The notes beneath the pieces are model-generated. The model made no database searches. It was not told the origin of the DNA and saw only the letters and a list, made by a program, of their open reading frames with translations. This document shows, in pieces, positions 41,642 through 51,777 of a DNA stretch of 64,000 nt. Positions within the stretch are counted from its first letter, which is position 1; each line of letters starts with the position of its first letter. The translations under genes were made by a program, and so were the position numbers. Origin of the DNA: an uncultured Actinomycetes bacterium (GTDB lineage: Bacteria; Actinomycetota; Thermoleophilia; Gaiellales; JALYLC01); NCBI GenBank assembly GCA_963705965.1, contig CAVPLI010000004.1, positions 38,601 to 102,600 on the forward strand, in the 5' to 3' direction.

Positions 41642-41830
41642 CCAGGCAGCCTAGCCACGATGGCGACCACGGCGAAAAGGCCCAGCCGGGGCCCACGAAC
41701 CGGGGCCCGTCTTGGTATCCTTTACGTAGTTGGCCCCAACTCCCGGCTTGCGATGCTTTCCCAAACACTCGGAAGGCGATGGAAGTTGCCGCGGACCGCG
41801 GCGCTATATGCGAACGCCGGGAGCCGGACG

Positions 41831-42211
41831 ATGGGGTGCGATGCTGGGGATCAGAGCACGCCTCGTGAACCCGAGCTGCAGTGCCTCATCCGCGACGAGA
41901 ACGAGGCCGTCGAGCTCGTGAACGACACGCTCGAGCACGGCATCCTTCGCTCGGCGTTCCGCTGCGAGTGCGGGGATCCGACGTGCCACGCGCGCGTCGC
42001 ACTGACGCATCTCGAGTACGAGGCGGTGCGTGCGTACGGCAGCCATCTCCTGATCGTCCTCAACCACGAGAACCCCGAGAACACCTGGGTTCTGAGCGAG
42101 AACTCGCGCTTCGCGGTCATCGACGTGGTCGCCGGCGACGAGCGCTATGAGGTCATGGCCAGGAATCCCCGGCACGCCTGGATCGACGTGCCGGACAGGA
42201 GTACCGAATGA
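41831..42211 (+). CDS. Small hypothetical protein with CECxxxxC motif (putative metal-binding)
   Basis: RDENE...FRCECGDPTC...LT..EYEAVR...LNHE; ATGA overlap with the ANTAR gene. Confidence 0.7.
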   Translation: MGCDAGDQSTPREPELQCLIRDENEAVELVNDTLEHGILRSAFRCECGDPTCHARVALTHLEYEAVRAYGSHLLIVLNHENPENTWVLSENSRFAVIDVVAGDERYEVMARNPRHAWIDVPDRSTE

Positions 42212-42834
42212 CGGGCAACCCCCTGCGCGTCCTGATCGCCAACGAGCGGGAGGACCGGATCGTACTGGTCACCAAGCTCGTCGCGGGCCTGGGGCACGAC
42301 GTGATCGCAGGGTCGACGAACGTCTCGCAGGTCGGAGCGCTGACGTCGAACGAGCACCCGGATGTCGCACTGGTCGGTCTCGGCGACAGCTCGACGCACG
42401 CGCTCGAGTTGATCGAGCGCATCGTCCGCGAGGCGGACTGCCCGGTCGTCGCGGTACTCGAGGGCCACGACCCCGCGTTCGTCAACGAGGCGGCCAAGCG
42501 CGGAGTGTTCGCCTACATCGTGGACGGCAGTCCGGAGGAATTGCAGAGCGCGCTCGACATCACCCTCCGGCGCTTCGCCGAGTATCACAACCTGCAGGGT
42601 GCCTTCGGGCGGCGCGCACAGACCGAGCGCGCCAAGGGAATCCTCATGGAGCGGTACCGGATCGACGAGCGACAGGCCTTCGAGATGCTGCGCGACCACG
42701 CGCGTCACAGCGGTCAGAAGCTCGTCCACGTCGCTCAGGCCGTGCTCGACGGCCACCTGCTGCTCGCCTCGACCGCGGGCGAGCCGCCCGGCAAGGCCCC
42801 GCCGGGCGAAGACGGCTCGAAGACCGTCGTCTGA
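42208..42834 (+). CDS. ANTAR RNA-binding protein with pseudo-receiver domain (AmiR/NasT-like)
   Basis: ERAKGILMERY.IDE.QAFEMLRDHAR...KLVHVAQAV; the receiver lacks the phospho-Asp (DVALVGLG) and the KP lysine. Confidence 0.9.
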   Translation: MTGNPLRVLIANEREDRIVLVTKLVAGLGHDVIAGSTNVSQVGALTSNEHPDVALVGLGDSSTHALELIERIVREADCPVVAVLEGHDPAFVNEAAKRGVFAYIVDGSPEELQSALDITLRRFAEYHNLQGAFGRRAQTERAKGILMERYRIDERQAFEMLRDHARHSGQKLVHVAQAVLDGHLLLASTAGEPPGKAPPGEDGSKTVV

Positions 42835-43059
42835 CGCCCCGCCGGCCGGGACAGCGGTGAACCGTCTCGTGCGGATTCACATTCGCTGACTCTCGCGTGC
42901 GTTAGAATCCGCGTGTCGGCCCCAGCCTCTCGGTCGACTACCGCCACCCCAACTCCGGCGGCGCCCGTTCGCTGCGTGCGGTCTTGCGGCGAGAGATGCC
43001 GAGTCGGGGAGGACGGAGATGGCGAGCGCACCAGGTGGCTTCGGGACGGAGCGGCCGAG

Positions 43060-43326
43060 ATGAGCGTCCGTCCGGCAAACCCGCTCGTCCGCTGCCCTCG
43101 CTGCAGCAGCCGGCTGATCGCGCCGCTGCACACCGACGGCTGCAAGGACGGCGTGATCGTCAACCGGCGCTGTCCCGAATGCGGTCATTGCGACCAGGTC
43201 GTCACGACGGCATTTGCCGCGGCCGTCTGGGCTCGCCACGAGTCGCGCGTGACCTGCAGCATGCAGGCGCTCGCCGACGCCCTCGCCGACGGCGCCCCGA
43301 TCGAGGTCTCCGAGATCGCACTCTGA
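43060..43326 (+). CDS. Small zinc-ribbon hypothetical protein
   Basis: CPRC...RRCPECGH pairs followed by a helical tail; alternative upstream GTG at 42913. Confidence 0.7.
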   Translation: MSVRPANPLVRCPRCSSRLIAPLHTDGCKDGVIVNRRCPECGHCDQVVTTAFAAAVWARHESRVTCSMQALADALADGAPIEVSEIAL

Positions 43327-43347
43327 CGCCGCCCGCGCGCCGATCGT

Positions 43348-44392
43348 TCAGCTGGGCGCGCCGCGCACGGCCCGCCGCAGGAGATCCTCGAGCTCGGCCG
43401 GCGTCGGCCGGCGAGGGAGGTCGGGCACCTCCGGCGCCGCCACGGCCGCTGCGCGCACGACGTCGTCCTCCGTCAGGCCGAGCGCGGCGAGCGAGCGCGG
43501 CGTGCCCACGTCGCGAGCGAGCGCGACGATGCCGGCAGCGGGATCGTCCGCGTCGAGCGCGGCGGCGATGCGGCGCCCGGCCTCCGGCGCCGCCGGGAGC
43601 AGGAACGCGGCCGTGTACGGCAGGAGCGCCGCGTGCAGCTCGGCGTGCGGGAGATCGAACATCCCGCCGAGCACATGGCAGAGCTTGTGGTGGAGAGCGC
43701 CACCGGCCGCGAACGCCTCGCCCGCGAGCCACGCGCCCGTGAGCGCGGTTGCGCGCGCCACGGGATCACGCGGAGCGCGCAGCGATCCGCGCACGCCGGC
43801 AGCGAGCAGGCGCAGGCCCTCGCTCGCGGCGATGTCGGTCAGCGGCGTGGCACCCGGGGCCCAGAGGGCCTCGACGCAATGCGCGACCGCGTTCATCCCG
43901 CTCGCGGCGGTGACGGCGGGCGGGAGGTCGTAGGTCAGTTCCGGGTCGTAGACGACGAGGCGCGGCGCCACACCGGGCTCCTTGCCCGTCGTCTTGCGCC
44001 CCTCCTCGGTGATGCCCCAGACGGTGGTCAGCTCGGAGCCCGCGTACGTCGTCGGCACCGCGGCGATCGGCAGGCTCTCGGTCAGCGCCACGGCCTTCGC
44101 GAGCCCGACGGCCGACCCGCCGCCGATCGAGACGAGGCAGTCGGCCGCGAGCTCGGCGGCTCGGGCGCGCGCGGCCTCGGCATGGCCGGACGGCACGTGG
44201 ACGCGCACGCCGATCAGGCTGTCGCCGGCGCCGACCTCCGCCAGGAGCCGCTCCGCATACGGCGCCTGCGACCGCCCTGCGATCACGAGCGGCCGTCGCA
44301 GACCGAGCCGCGCGAGCTCCGCCGGCAGCTCCCCGATCGGCGCCCGTGCCGAAGACGATCCGGCGCGCGAGCGTCTCGTGGACGACGCTCAC
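43348..44392 (-). CDS. Maleylacetate reductase (iron-containing ADH family); frameshift near 44335
   Basis: RIVFGTG, VHVP, GGGSAVGLAKA, PTTYAGSE, SGMNAVAHCVEALW and HHKLCHVLGG. Confidence 0.9.
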
Positions 44393-45049
44393 GCCGCCCG
44401 GCTGGGATCCGTGGGCTCGCGGTGCTCCACGGTCACCCGCGTGGAGCGTACGAAGCGATCCCATTGCGCGCGATCGACCGGCGCCACGGGCAGCGTCGCC
44501 GGACGGACGGGCGGCGAGCGCGTCGAGCAGCAGCTCGACATGGCGCTGCCAGATCGCCGGCGTCGCCTCGTTCGCGGCCTCGACGAGTGCGGCGATCGTC
44601 CACAGCAGCGCGAACGCGTCCTCCGCGGCGAGGTCGCCGCGCAATGTGCCGCAGCGCTTGCCCGCCTCGACGAACTCGCCGATCAGCGTCCGCAACTCGA
44701 CGCGCACCGGCTCCGCCGCCGGAGCGTCCCACGTGCACTGGCCGCGGACGCCGTGGGCGGCAACCGCATCCGCGAATCCGCGCGCGTACGCGTCGAAGCG
44801 CTCGGCCTCGGGATACTCGCGTGCCACCGAGCGCGCGAGTGCGAGCCCGCGCTCGAAGAACGGGTAGGCGATCGCCTCGATCAGCGCCTGCCGCGACGGG
44901 AAGTGCCGGTAGACCGTGCCGATGCCGACGCCCGCCCTGCGCGCGACGTCCTGCATGCCGAGCGCCGAGCCGTGGCGGGCGTGCTCGTGCACGGCGGCCT
45001 GGAGCACCCGCTTGCGGTTGCGCGTCGCGTCGACCCGCTTACCGCTCAT
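44389..45049 (-). CDS. TetR/AcrR family regulator; frameshift near 44490
   Basis: RVDATRNRKRVL...VARRAGVGIGTVYRHFPSR. Confidence 0.9.
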
Positions 45050-46536
45050 GGTGGACGTGCTCCCCGATCGCGAGGCCGGCCTCGGCGGGCGCGATCGCTC
45101 CGTCGACCGTCAGCGTGTCGAACTCGTGGCCGTCCGTCACGACCGCGCGCGCGGCGCGCGAGGGCACGAAGGCCGCCGCGACGCCCGCGAGCACGAGCGC
45201 GACGCCGAGCACGATGAAGGACTGCTCGTAGCCGCTCTCCTTCGGCAGCGCGCTCGCGACGATCGTCCCGGCGATGATCGAGGCCACGATCTGGCTCCCG
45301 ATCGCGCCGCCGATCGTGCGCACGTTCGCGTTCATGCCGGTCGCGACGCCGGTCTGATCGCGCGGCACCGCCTCGACGACGAGGTTCGACATCGCCGAGA
45401 ACGCGAAGCCGATGCCGAGCCCGACGAGCGCCATCGCCACGTAGAAGTTCCACTCGCTGTCGTGCGCCACGGTCAGGAACAGCATGCCGAGCGCGCTCAG
45501 CGCGGATCCGACCACGAGCGGCACCTTCGACCCGTAGCGCGTCGCGAACGCGCCGGTGAGGATGCCTGCGACGAGCATCGCGGCCGAGAGCGGCAGCAGC
45601 GCGAATCCCGACTCGGTGATCGACGCGCCGAAGCCGTAGCCCGCGCTCGACGGCGTCTGCAGGAACGACGGCACGACGATCATCACGGAGTACATCCCGA
45701 AGCCGAAGAGCATCGCCGAGATGTTCGTCCACCAGACCGTCGGGATGCGCATCATGCGCACGTCGACGAGCGGCTCGTCCGCGCGCATCTCGGTCACCAG
45801 CCAGGCGATGAAGAGGAGGACGGCAGCGGCGAAGAGGCCGAGGATGCGCGGCGACGTCCAGCCCCATTCGCCGCCTTCGCTGACGCCCAGGAGCAGGCAG
45901 ACGAGCCAGCCCGAGAGCGTCAGCACCGCGAGCGGGTTGATGCGGCCGGGCGCCTTGATGGGCGACTCGGGGACCCAGAAGATGGTCGCGACGAGCGCGA
46001 TCGCGGTCATGACGGCCGGGATCCAGAAGAGCCAGTGGATCGAGAGGTGCTCGACGATCGGACCGGCGATCACGATCGCGACGCCCGCACCGACGCCGAT
46101 CAGCGCCGAGATCAGGCCGATCGCCCCGGCCACGCGCTCGCGCGGGAACTCGTCGCGGATGATGCTGAACGCGAGCGGGAAGATCGCCCCGCCGCCGCCC
46201 TGGATCACGCGCGCCACCAGCATGACGGCCACCGACGACGTCAGCGCCGCGACCACCGAGCCCAGCGATCAGCGACGCGAGCACGATCAGGAGCACGCGC
46301 TTCTTGCCGAACATGTCGCCGAGCCGCCCGAGCACCGGCGTCGCGACCGAGGCGCTGATGAGGTACGCCGTCAGCACCCAGGCGACGGTCGACTGGCTCG
46401 TGTTGAGGGCCTTCCCGATCGCCGGGAGCGCCGGCAGCACCATCGACTGCAGCAGGATGTACGAGAGCGCCGAGAGCGAGAGCACGCCCAGCGTGAGCGT
46501 CGGGCGCTGACGGTCGTGACTCGCGACGTGGGACAT
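45039..46536 (-). CDS. MFS drug:H+ antiporter-like transporter; frameshift near 46260
   Basis: QSMVLPALP, WVLTAYL, GRLGDMFGKKR, ARVIQG and RTIGGAIG. Confidence 0.92.
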
Positions 46537-46579
46537 GCGACAACGGCTCCTTGACAATGATGACGAGGGGAAGCCCGGC

Positions 46580-46607
46580 ACTATAGCGGAACCGGATTCC
46601 GTTTCCG
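46580..46607 (-). promoter_or_regulatory. Putative TetR operator next to a -10 box
   Basis: CGGAACCGGATTCCG imperfect palindrome adjacent to TATAGT on the minus strand, upstream of the MFS-TetR operon. Confidence 0.5.
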
Positions 46608-46632
46608 TCAGCTTGCCCCGCAAAGCGCGAGC

Positions 46633-46663
46633 TGCTCAAATGGGGCCAGGCCCCATCCGAGCA
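46633..46663. repeat. Single REP-like palindrome
   Basis: TGCTCAAATGGGGCCAGGCCCCATCCGAGCA; near-identical inverted copy at 51738-51768. Confidence 0.8.
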
Positions 46664-46687
46664 GGCACGCGTGCGATGATCGGGCGC

Positions 46688-47791
46688 ATGACGACCTCTA
46701 TCCGCGCCGGCGTTCTGCGCGCCCCCCACGCCCCGCTCGCGATCGAGACGCTCGAGCTCGCCGATCCCGGACCCGGCGAGGTGCGCGTGCGCTACGGCGC
46801 CAGCGGCGTCTGCCACTCCGACCTGCACTGCGTCGACGGCGAGTGGACGGTGCCGCTGCCGCTCGTGCTCGGGCACGAGGGCGCCGGGACGGTCGAGGCG
46901 ATCGGGCCGGGCGTGACCGGCCTCGCGCCCGGCGACACCGCGGTGCTCTCGTGGCGCTACGCCTGCGGTCATTGCCGCGCCTGCGTGCGCGGCCGCTCGT
47001 GGGCCTGCAGCGAGACGCGCATGGGCGACTGCACGCTCGACGACGGGACGCTCCGCTTCCGGGACGAAGGCGGCACGGACGTCTACCAGTACCTCTCGGT
47101 CGGGACGTTCGCCGAGGCCGCAGTCGTGCCGGCAGCGGCCGTCGTCCCCATCCCGGCGAGCGTGCCGTTCGAGGTCGGGTGCCTGATCGGCTGCTCGGTG
47201 ACGACGGGCGTCGGCGCCGTCGTCAACACGGCGCAGGTCGAGCCGGGCGCGTCGGTCTGCGTGATCGGCTGCGGTGGCGTCGGCCTCTCCGTGATCATGG
47301 GAGCCGCACTCGCCGGGGCGCACCCGATCATCGCCATCGACGTCGAGGATGCGAAGCTCGAGCAGGCGCGCGACCTCGGCGCAACGCACGCGGTGCGCGG
47401 TGACGGCGACGTCGCGGGCGCGGTCAAGGCGATCGTCCCGGGCGGCGCCGACTACGCGTTCGAGGCGATCGGCCTGCAGCGCACGATCGAGCTGATGCCC
47501 GATCTCCTGTGTCTCGGCGGCGTCGCGGTGATGGTCGGGATGACGGCTGAGGACGTGCGCGTCAGCTTCTCCGGCTTCGGCATGGCCGAGTTCGGCCACA
47601 GCGTGCTCGGCTCGAATTACGGTTCCTCGGTCGCGCCGATCGACTTCCCGCGCATCGCAGCGCTGTACGAGGCCGGCAAGCTGCCGATCGACCGGCTGAT
47701 CACGCGGCGGATCGCGCTCGACGAGGTCGACGAGGCGTTCGCGGACATGCGCGCTCGGCGCGGCGGGCGCGCGGTCATCCTCTACGACTGA
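46688..47791 (+). CDS. Zinc-dependent alcohol dehydrogenase (class III-like)
   Basis: GVCHSD, LGHEGAG, CGHCRAC...C, LIGCSVTTGVGA and GCGGVG. Confidence 0.93.
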   Translation: MTTSIRAGVLRAPHAPLAIETLELADPGPGEVRVRYGASGVCHSDLHCVDGEWTVPLPLVLGHEGAGTVEAIGPGVTGLAPGDTAVLSWRYACGHCRACVRGRSWACSETRMGDCTLDDGTLRFRDEGGTDVYQYLSVGTFAEAAVVPAAAVVPIPASVPFEVGCLIGCSVTTGVGAVVNTAQVEPGASVCVIGCGGVGLSVIMGAALAGAHPIIAIDVEDAKLEQARDLGATHAVRGDGDVAGAVKAIVPGGADYAFEAIGLQRTIELMPDLLCLGGVAVMVGMTAEDVRVSFSGFGMAEFGHSVLGSNYGSSVAPIDFPRIAALYEAGKLPIDRLITRRIALDEVDEAFADMRARRGGRAVILYD

Positions 47792-47797
47792 TCCGGG

Positions 47798-49214
47798 CTA
47801 GCGCGAGCTCAGGCGCGCCCCGGCCTCCTCCACGGCGTCGAGGAGCGCCTGAATGTCGCTCCCCGTCCGTGCGCCAGGAGACGATCGCAATGCGCTGGCA
47901 CACGCCGTTCTTCAGCTCCGCGCCCGTGAAGAACACGTCGCCTGCGGCGACGACGTCGGCCTGGATGCGGCGGTTGAGATCGTCGAGCTCGGGGCCTTCC
48001 CCCCAGCCTTCGGGGCGGTAGCGGAAGCAGACGGTGTTCGTCGGCGCCGGCGCCGTCAGCTCGAGCCGCGGCGATGCCTCGACGGCGCGCGCGAGGCCCT
48101 GGGCGAGCACGCAGCAGCGCGTGACGAGGTCGACCATGCCGTCGCGCCCGAGCGACTTGAGCGCCGCCCAGACGGTCGCGCCTCGCCAGGAGCGGCTCGC
48201 CTCGATGCCGAGCTCGTGCAGGTTCACGCCCGCGCCCGGGGTCAGGTAGGCGGCGCTGCCGGCGAACGTCTCGCGGTGCAGCGCAGCGTCCTTGAGCAGC
48301 ACGAAGCCGACGCCGTTCGGCACGTTCAGCCACTTGTGCCCGTCGACGGCCAGCGAGTCGGCGCGCTCGAGCCCCGCGACGAGCCCGGCCGCGGGCTCCC
48401 AGAGGCGGAAGAACGCGCCAAAGGCGCCGTCGGCGTGGAGCCAGACGTCGTGCCGCTCGCACACGTCGGCGATCGCGTCGACGTTGTCGGACGCGCCGGT
48501 GTTGACCGAGCCGACCATCGCGATCACGATCGCCGGCTCGATGCCCTCGGCGCGGTCGCGCTCGATCGCCTCGGCGAGCAGGTCGACCCGCATCGCGTAG
48601 CGGTCGTCGATCGGGATCGTGCGCACGCACCCCGAGCCGAGGCCGAGCGTGCGCAGCGCCTTGTGATCGGACAGGTGCAGCTCCTCCGATGCGTAGACGG
48701 CGTACTCGGGCAGGGCGCGGACGCCCTGCTCGATGATGTCCACGCCGTGCTTGCGGGCGAAGCGGTGGCGCGCCACCGCGAGCCCGACGGTGTTCGCCAT
48801 CGTGGCGCCCGATCCGAAGTAGCCCGACTCGGCCGGGAAATCGAGCAGATCGGCGAGCCAGCGGAGCGTGACCTGCTCGAGCTCGACGCCGGCCGGCCCG
48901 AGCGGCCACATGCCGGGGTTCTGGTCGACCGCTGCCGTCCAGGCCTCGACGATCGCCGCGGCCGGCAGCGAGCCGCCCGTCACGTACCCGAAGTAGCGCC
49001 CGCCGGTGCCGCCCGCGAGGCCGCCCGCAGAGCGCGCCTCGAGGTCGGCGAGGATCGCGTCGACCGGCATGCCGTGCTCCGGCAGCGGCTCGTCGAAGCG
49101 CGCCGCGAGCTCGGCCCGGTCGATCGTCACGCCCGCCTGCGCGGGCGGGTCGAGCGCCGCGCGGAAGCGCTCTGCGAAATCCTGGACTGCCGCGTCGAGC
49201 TGCCTGTCGGCCAT
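47798..49214 (-). CDS. Group II PLP-dependent (aromatic amino acid/glutamate-type) decarboxylase; indel near the 3' end
   Basis: RYFGYV, SGATMAN, GSVNTGASD, WLHADGAFG and DGHKWLNVP. Confidence 0.92.
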
Positions 49215-49277
49215 CGAACCCCTTCGGTTTGCAGCACTTCTTGCTGACTCTGGTGAGAGGCGTCAGACTAGGCGACC

Positions 49278-50078
49278 GTGGCGGAGCACCTGATCGAGCG
49301 GATGACGTGGCAGGAGGTCGGGGCTCAGATCGAGGCCGGCGTCGACGCCGTGCTGCTCCCGATCGGCACGACCGAGCAGCACGGCCCGCACATGCCCCTC
49401 GACACCGACTGCGTGATCGCCCGGGGACTCGCGACCCGCACCGCCCAGCTCGCCGCCGACGAAGGGCTGCGCGTCCTCGTCGCGCCCACGCTCAACGTGA
49501 CGCTCTCGTGGTACCACATGCAGTTCCCGGGGAGCATGCGGCTGACGACGACGACGTTCCTCACGGTGTTCCGCGAGATCTGCGACTCGCTCGTCCATCA
49601 CGGCTTCCAGAACGTCGTCGCGATCAACGGCCACGGAGGCAACGTCGCGGCGCTCACGGTCGCCGTCAACAGCTACTTCGAGCAGACGGGCCGCCGGGTC
49701 TTCCTCGCGCAGTGGTGGGACCTCGCGGCCGACGTGCTGGCCGACGTCGAGGGCCCGATGATCCACGCCGAGGAGGCCGAGACCTCGATCGCGCTGGCGC
49801 TCGGCCAGCGCGTCGAGATGGAGCGCGCGACGCGCGACGCCTGGGATCGCGGCAGCGCCGTGCGCGACGCCGGCTTCCAGTGGACGTCGCTCGGGCAGTA
49901 CGGCATGCGGCACGCCGGCCCGAAGGTCGTCGTCCCGATGGACATGCTTCGCGACATCACCGCTTCCGGCGTGGTCGGCGACGCGACACGAGCTCGCATC
50001 GAAACGGGCGAGCGCATGGTCGCGGCCGTCGTTCCGCGCATCGTCCAGGTCTGCCGTGAAATGGCAGGAAAGGGGTAA
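49278..50078 (+). CDS. Creatininase family amidohydrolase
   Basis: PIGTTEQHGPHMPLDTD, NGHGGN, HAEEAETS and SGVVGD. Confidence 0.92.
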   Translation: MAEHLIERMTWQEVGAQIEAGVDAVLLPIGTTEQHGPHMPLDTDCVIARGLATRTAQLAADEGLRVLVAPTLNVTLSWYHMQFPGSMRLTTTTFLTVFREICDSLVHHGFQNVVAINGHGGNVAALTVAVNSYFEQTGRRVFLAQWWDLAADVLADVEGPMIHAEEAETSIALALGQRVEMERATRDAWDRGSAVRDAGFQWTSLGQYGMRHAGPKVVVPMDMLRDITASGVVGDATRARIETGERMVAAVVPRIVQVCREMAGKG

Positions 50079-50082
50079 ATCC

Positions 50083-50766
50083 GTGGCACGCCGTGTGATC
50101 GACCTGTCGCAGCCGCTCTCCCGCGAGAGCCAGCTCCACCCGTTCTTCACGCCCAGTCAGATCCTGCGGCACATCGTGCACACGGACGCCCCCGAGGGCC
50201 GGCCGTCGTTCAACGCCGAGATCATCATCACCTCGAACCACGCGGCGACGCACGTCGACGCGATCGGCCACTACCTCCGCGGCGGCGACACGATCGGCGA
50301 GATGCCGCTCGACACCTTCGCCGGCGACGCCATCTGCGTCGACATCCGCGAGTACCCTCGCGGCCACGACGTCAGCGTGGCGGAGGTCGAGAAAGCGGTC
50401 GCGGCTTCGGGTCAGGAGGTGCGCGAGGGCGACATCCTGCTCTTCTGCTCCGATCACTACAACCGCACCGCGGGTACGCCGGCGTTCCTCGACGGCTTCT
50501 GCGGCATCTCCGCCGAGGCGGTGCACTGGATGGCCGACCGCGGCGTGAAGATCTTCGGCGTCGAGACGATCTCGCCCGATCTCGTCTACCTGACCGACGA
50601 GTACCCGACGCATCGCGCGTGCGGCGAGCGGCGGCTGACGCACTACGAGAACCTCAACAACCTCAAGGACGTCGTCAACCAGCGCTTCCTGTTCGTCGGC
50701 CTGCCTCTGCGCCTCGAACCGGCGTACGGATCGCCGATCCGCGCCATCGCGATCATCGACGACTGA
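50083..50766 (+). CDS. Cyclase family (kynurenine formamidase-like) metal hydrolase
   Basis: IDLSQ, NHAATHVDA.GH, GVETISPD, ENL and GSPIRA. Confidence 0.92.
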   Translation: MARRVIDLSQPLSRESQLHPFFTPSQILRHIVHTDAPEGRPSFNAEIIITSNHAATHVDAIGHYLRGGDTIGEMPLDTFAGDAICVDIREYPRGHDVSVAEVEKAVAASGQEVREGDILLFCSDHYNRTAGTPAFLDGFCGISAEAVHWMADRGVKIFGVETISPDLVYLTDEYPTHRACGERRLTHYENLNNLKDVVNQRFLFVGLPLRLEPAYGSPIRAIAIIDD

Positions 50767-50810
50767 TCGCCGTCGGGAACCCGCAGGCGCGAGGATGCGT
50801 CTGAACGACC

Positions 50811-51659
50811 ATGCGCATCGTCCTCCTGACATCTCTCCTGCTCGTCGCCGCGCTCTCGGTCGGTGCCGGCGTCGCGGCCTCGCATTCGCAGCAGGCTGCC
50901 ATCGTCCATCCGACCGGAGCGAACACGGTCGTCCTGCGCGTCAGCAGCGGAGGCGGCTTCGTCCCGGTGCAGGTGAACCTGCGCGCGATGCCGTCCTTCA
51001 CGCTCTACGGCGACGGCACCGTCATCGTCCCCGGCCCCGTGATCCAGATCTATCCCGGGCCGGCGGTCACCCCGCTCATCCGCAGCAAGCTGAGCGAGAG
51101 CCAGGTGCAGGCGCTGCTGAAGCGCGCGAGGGCGGCGGGACTGCTCGTCCCGCGGAGGATCGACTACGGCGACATGGGCACGATCGGTATCGCGGACGCG
51201 CCCACGACGACACTGGTCGTGAATGCCGCCGGTCGCCGTGTCACACGGCAGGCCTACGCGCTCGGCATCACGGCTGCGGGCGGGCGGCTCTCCCCCGCAC
51301 AGGCCAAGGCTCGCAAGGCGCTCGCGAGCTTCATCGCCGGGCTCCCCCAGGGAGTGTCCGGCAAGCACTACGCGCCGCACGCGATCGCCGCCTACGTCGG
51401 GCCGTACCGCGGTCAGGCGCAGCCCGGGGCCAAGCGCGTCGTGTGGCCGCTCGCGAGCAACCTCGCGACCGCCGGCAAGCGCGTCTCGAGCGGTCTCGAG
51501 TACCGCTGCATCGTGGTTGGCGGCGCCGGAGTCGAGAAGCTGACGGCGACGCTGCGCAAGGCCAACGAGCAGTCGCGCTGGGCAGCGCGCCCCGGCGCCA
51601 AGGCCTCCTACCAGTTGATTGCGCGGCCGCTGCTCCCGGACGAGCGGCGCTGCCCCTGA
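50811..51659 (+). CDS. Secreted hypothetical protein
   Basis: Signal peptide; VVLRV..GGGFVP, P.FTLYGDGTVI, IADAPTT and RPLLPDE. Confidence 0.75.
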   Translation: MRIVLLTSLLLVAALSVGAGVAASHSQQAAIVHPTGANTVVLRVSSGGGFVPVQVNLRAMPSFTLYGDGTVIVPGPVIQIYPGPAVTPLIRSKLSESQVQALLKRARAAGLLVPRRIDYGDMGTIGIADAPTTTLVVNAAGRRVTRQAYALGITAAGGRLSPAQAKARKALASFIAGLPQGVSGKHYAPHAIAAYVGPYRGQAQPGAKRVVWPLASNLATAGKRVSSGLEYRCIVVGGAGVEKLTATLRKANEQSRWAARPGAKASYQLIARPLLPDERRCP

Positions 51660-51737
51660 GCGCGATCGCCCTAGGGGGCCGCCTGCCGCCCTTCACGCGC
51701 CCGTCCAGCGGCGCGCTCCTGCCCACCGGGTGACCAC

Positions 51738-51768
51738 TGCTCAACTGGGGCCTGGCCCCATTTGAGCA
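51738..51768. repeat. Single REP-like palindrome
   Basis: TGCTCAACTGGGGCCTGGCCCCATTTGAGCA between convergent genes. Confidence 0.8.
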
Positions 51769-51777
51769 AGCACGGGG

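Noticed and set aside
7948-50078. Mycofactocin system (OYE/FadH-like, creatininase resembling MftE, SDR, Zn-ADH)
   Set aside because: The genes are scattered over 40 kb, and no mftA precursor, mftB or radical SAM mftC is visible
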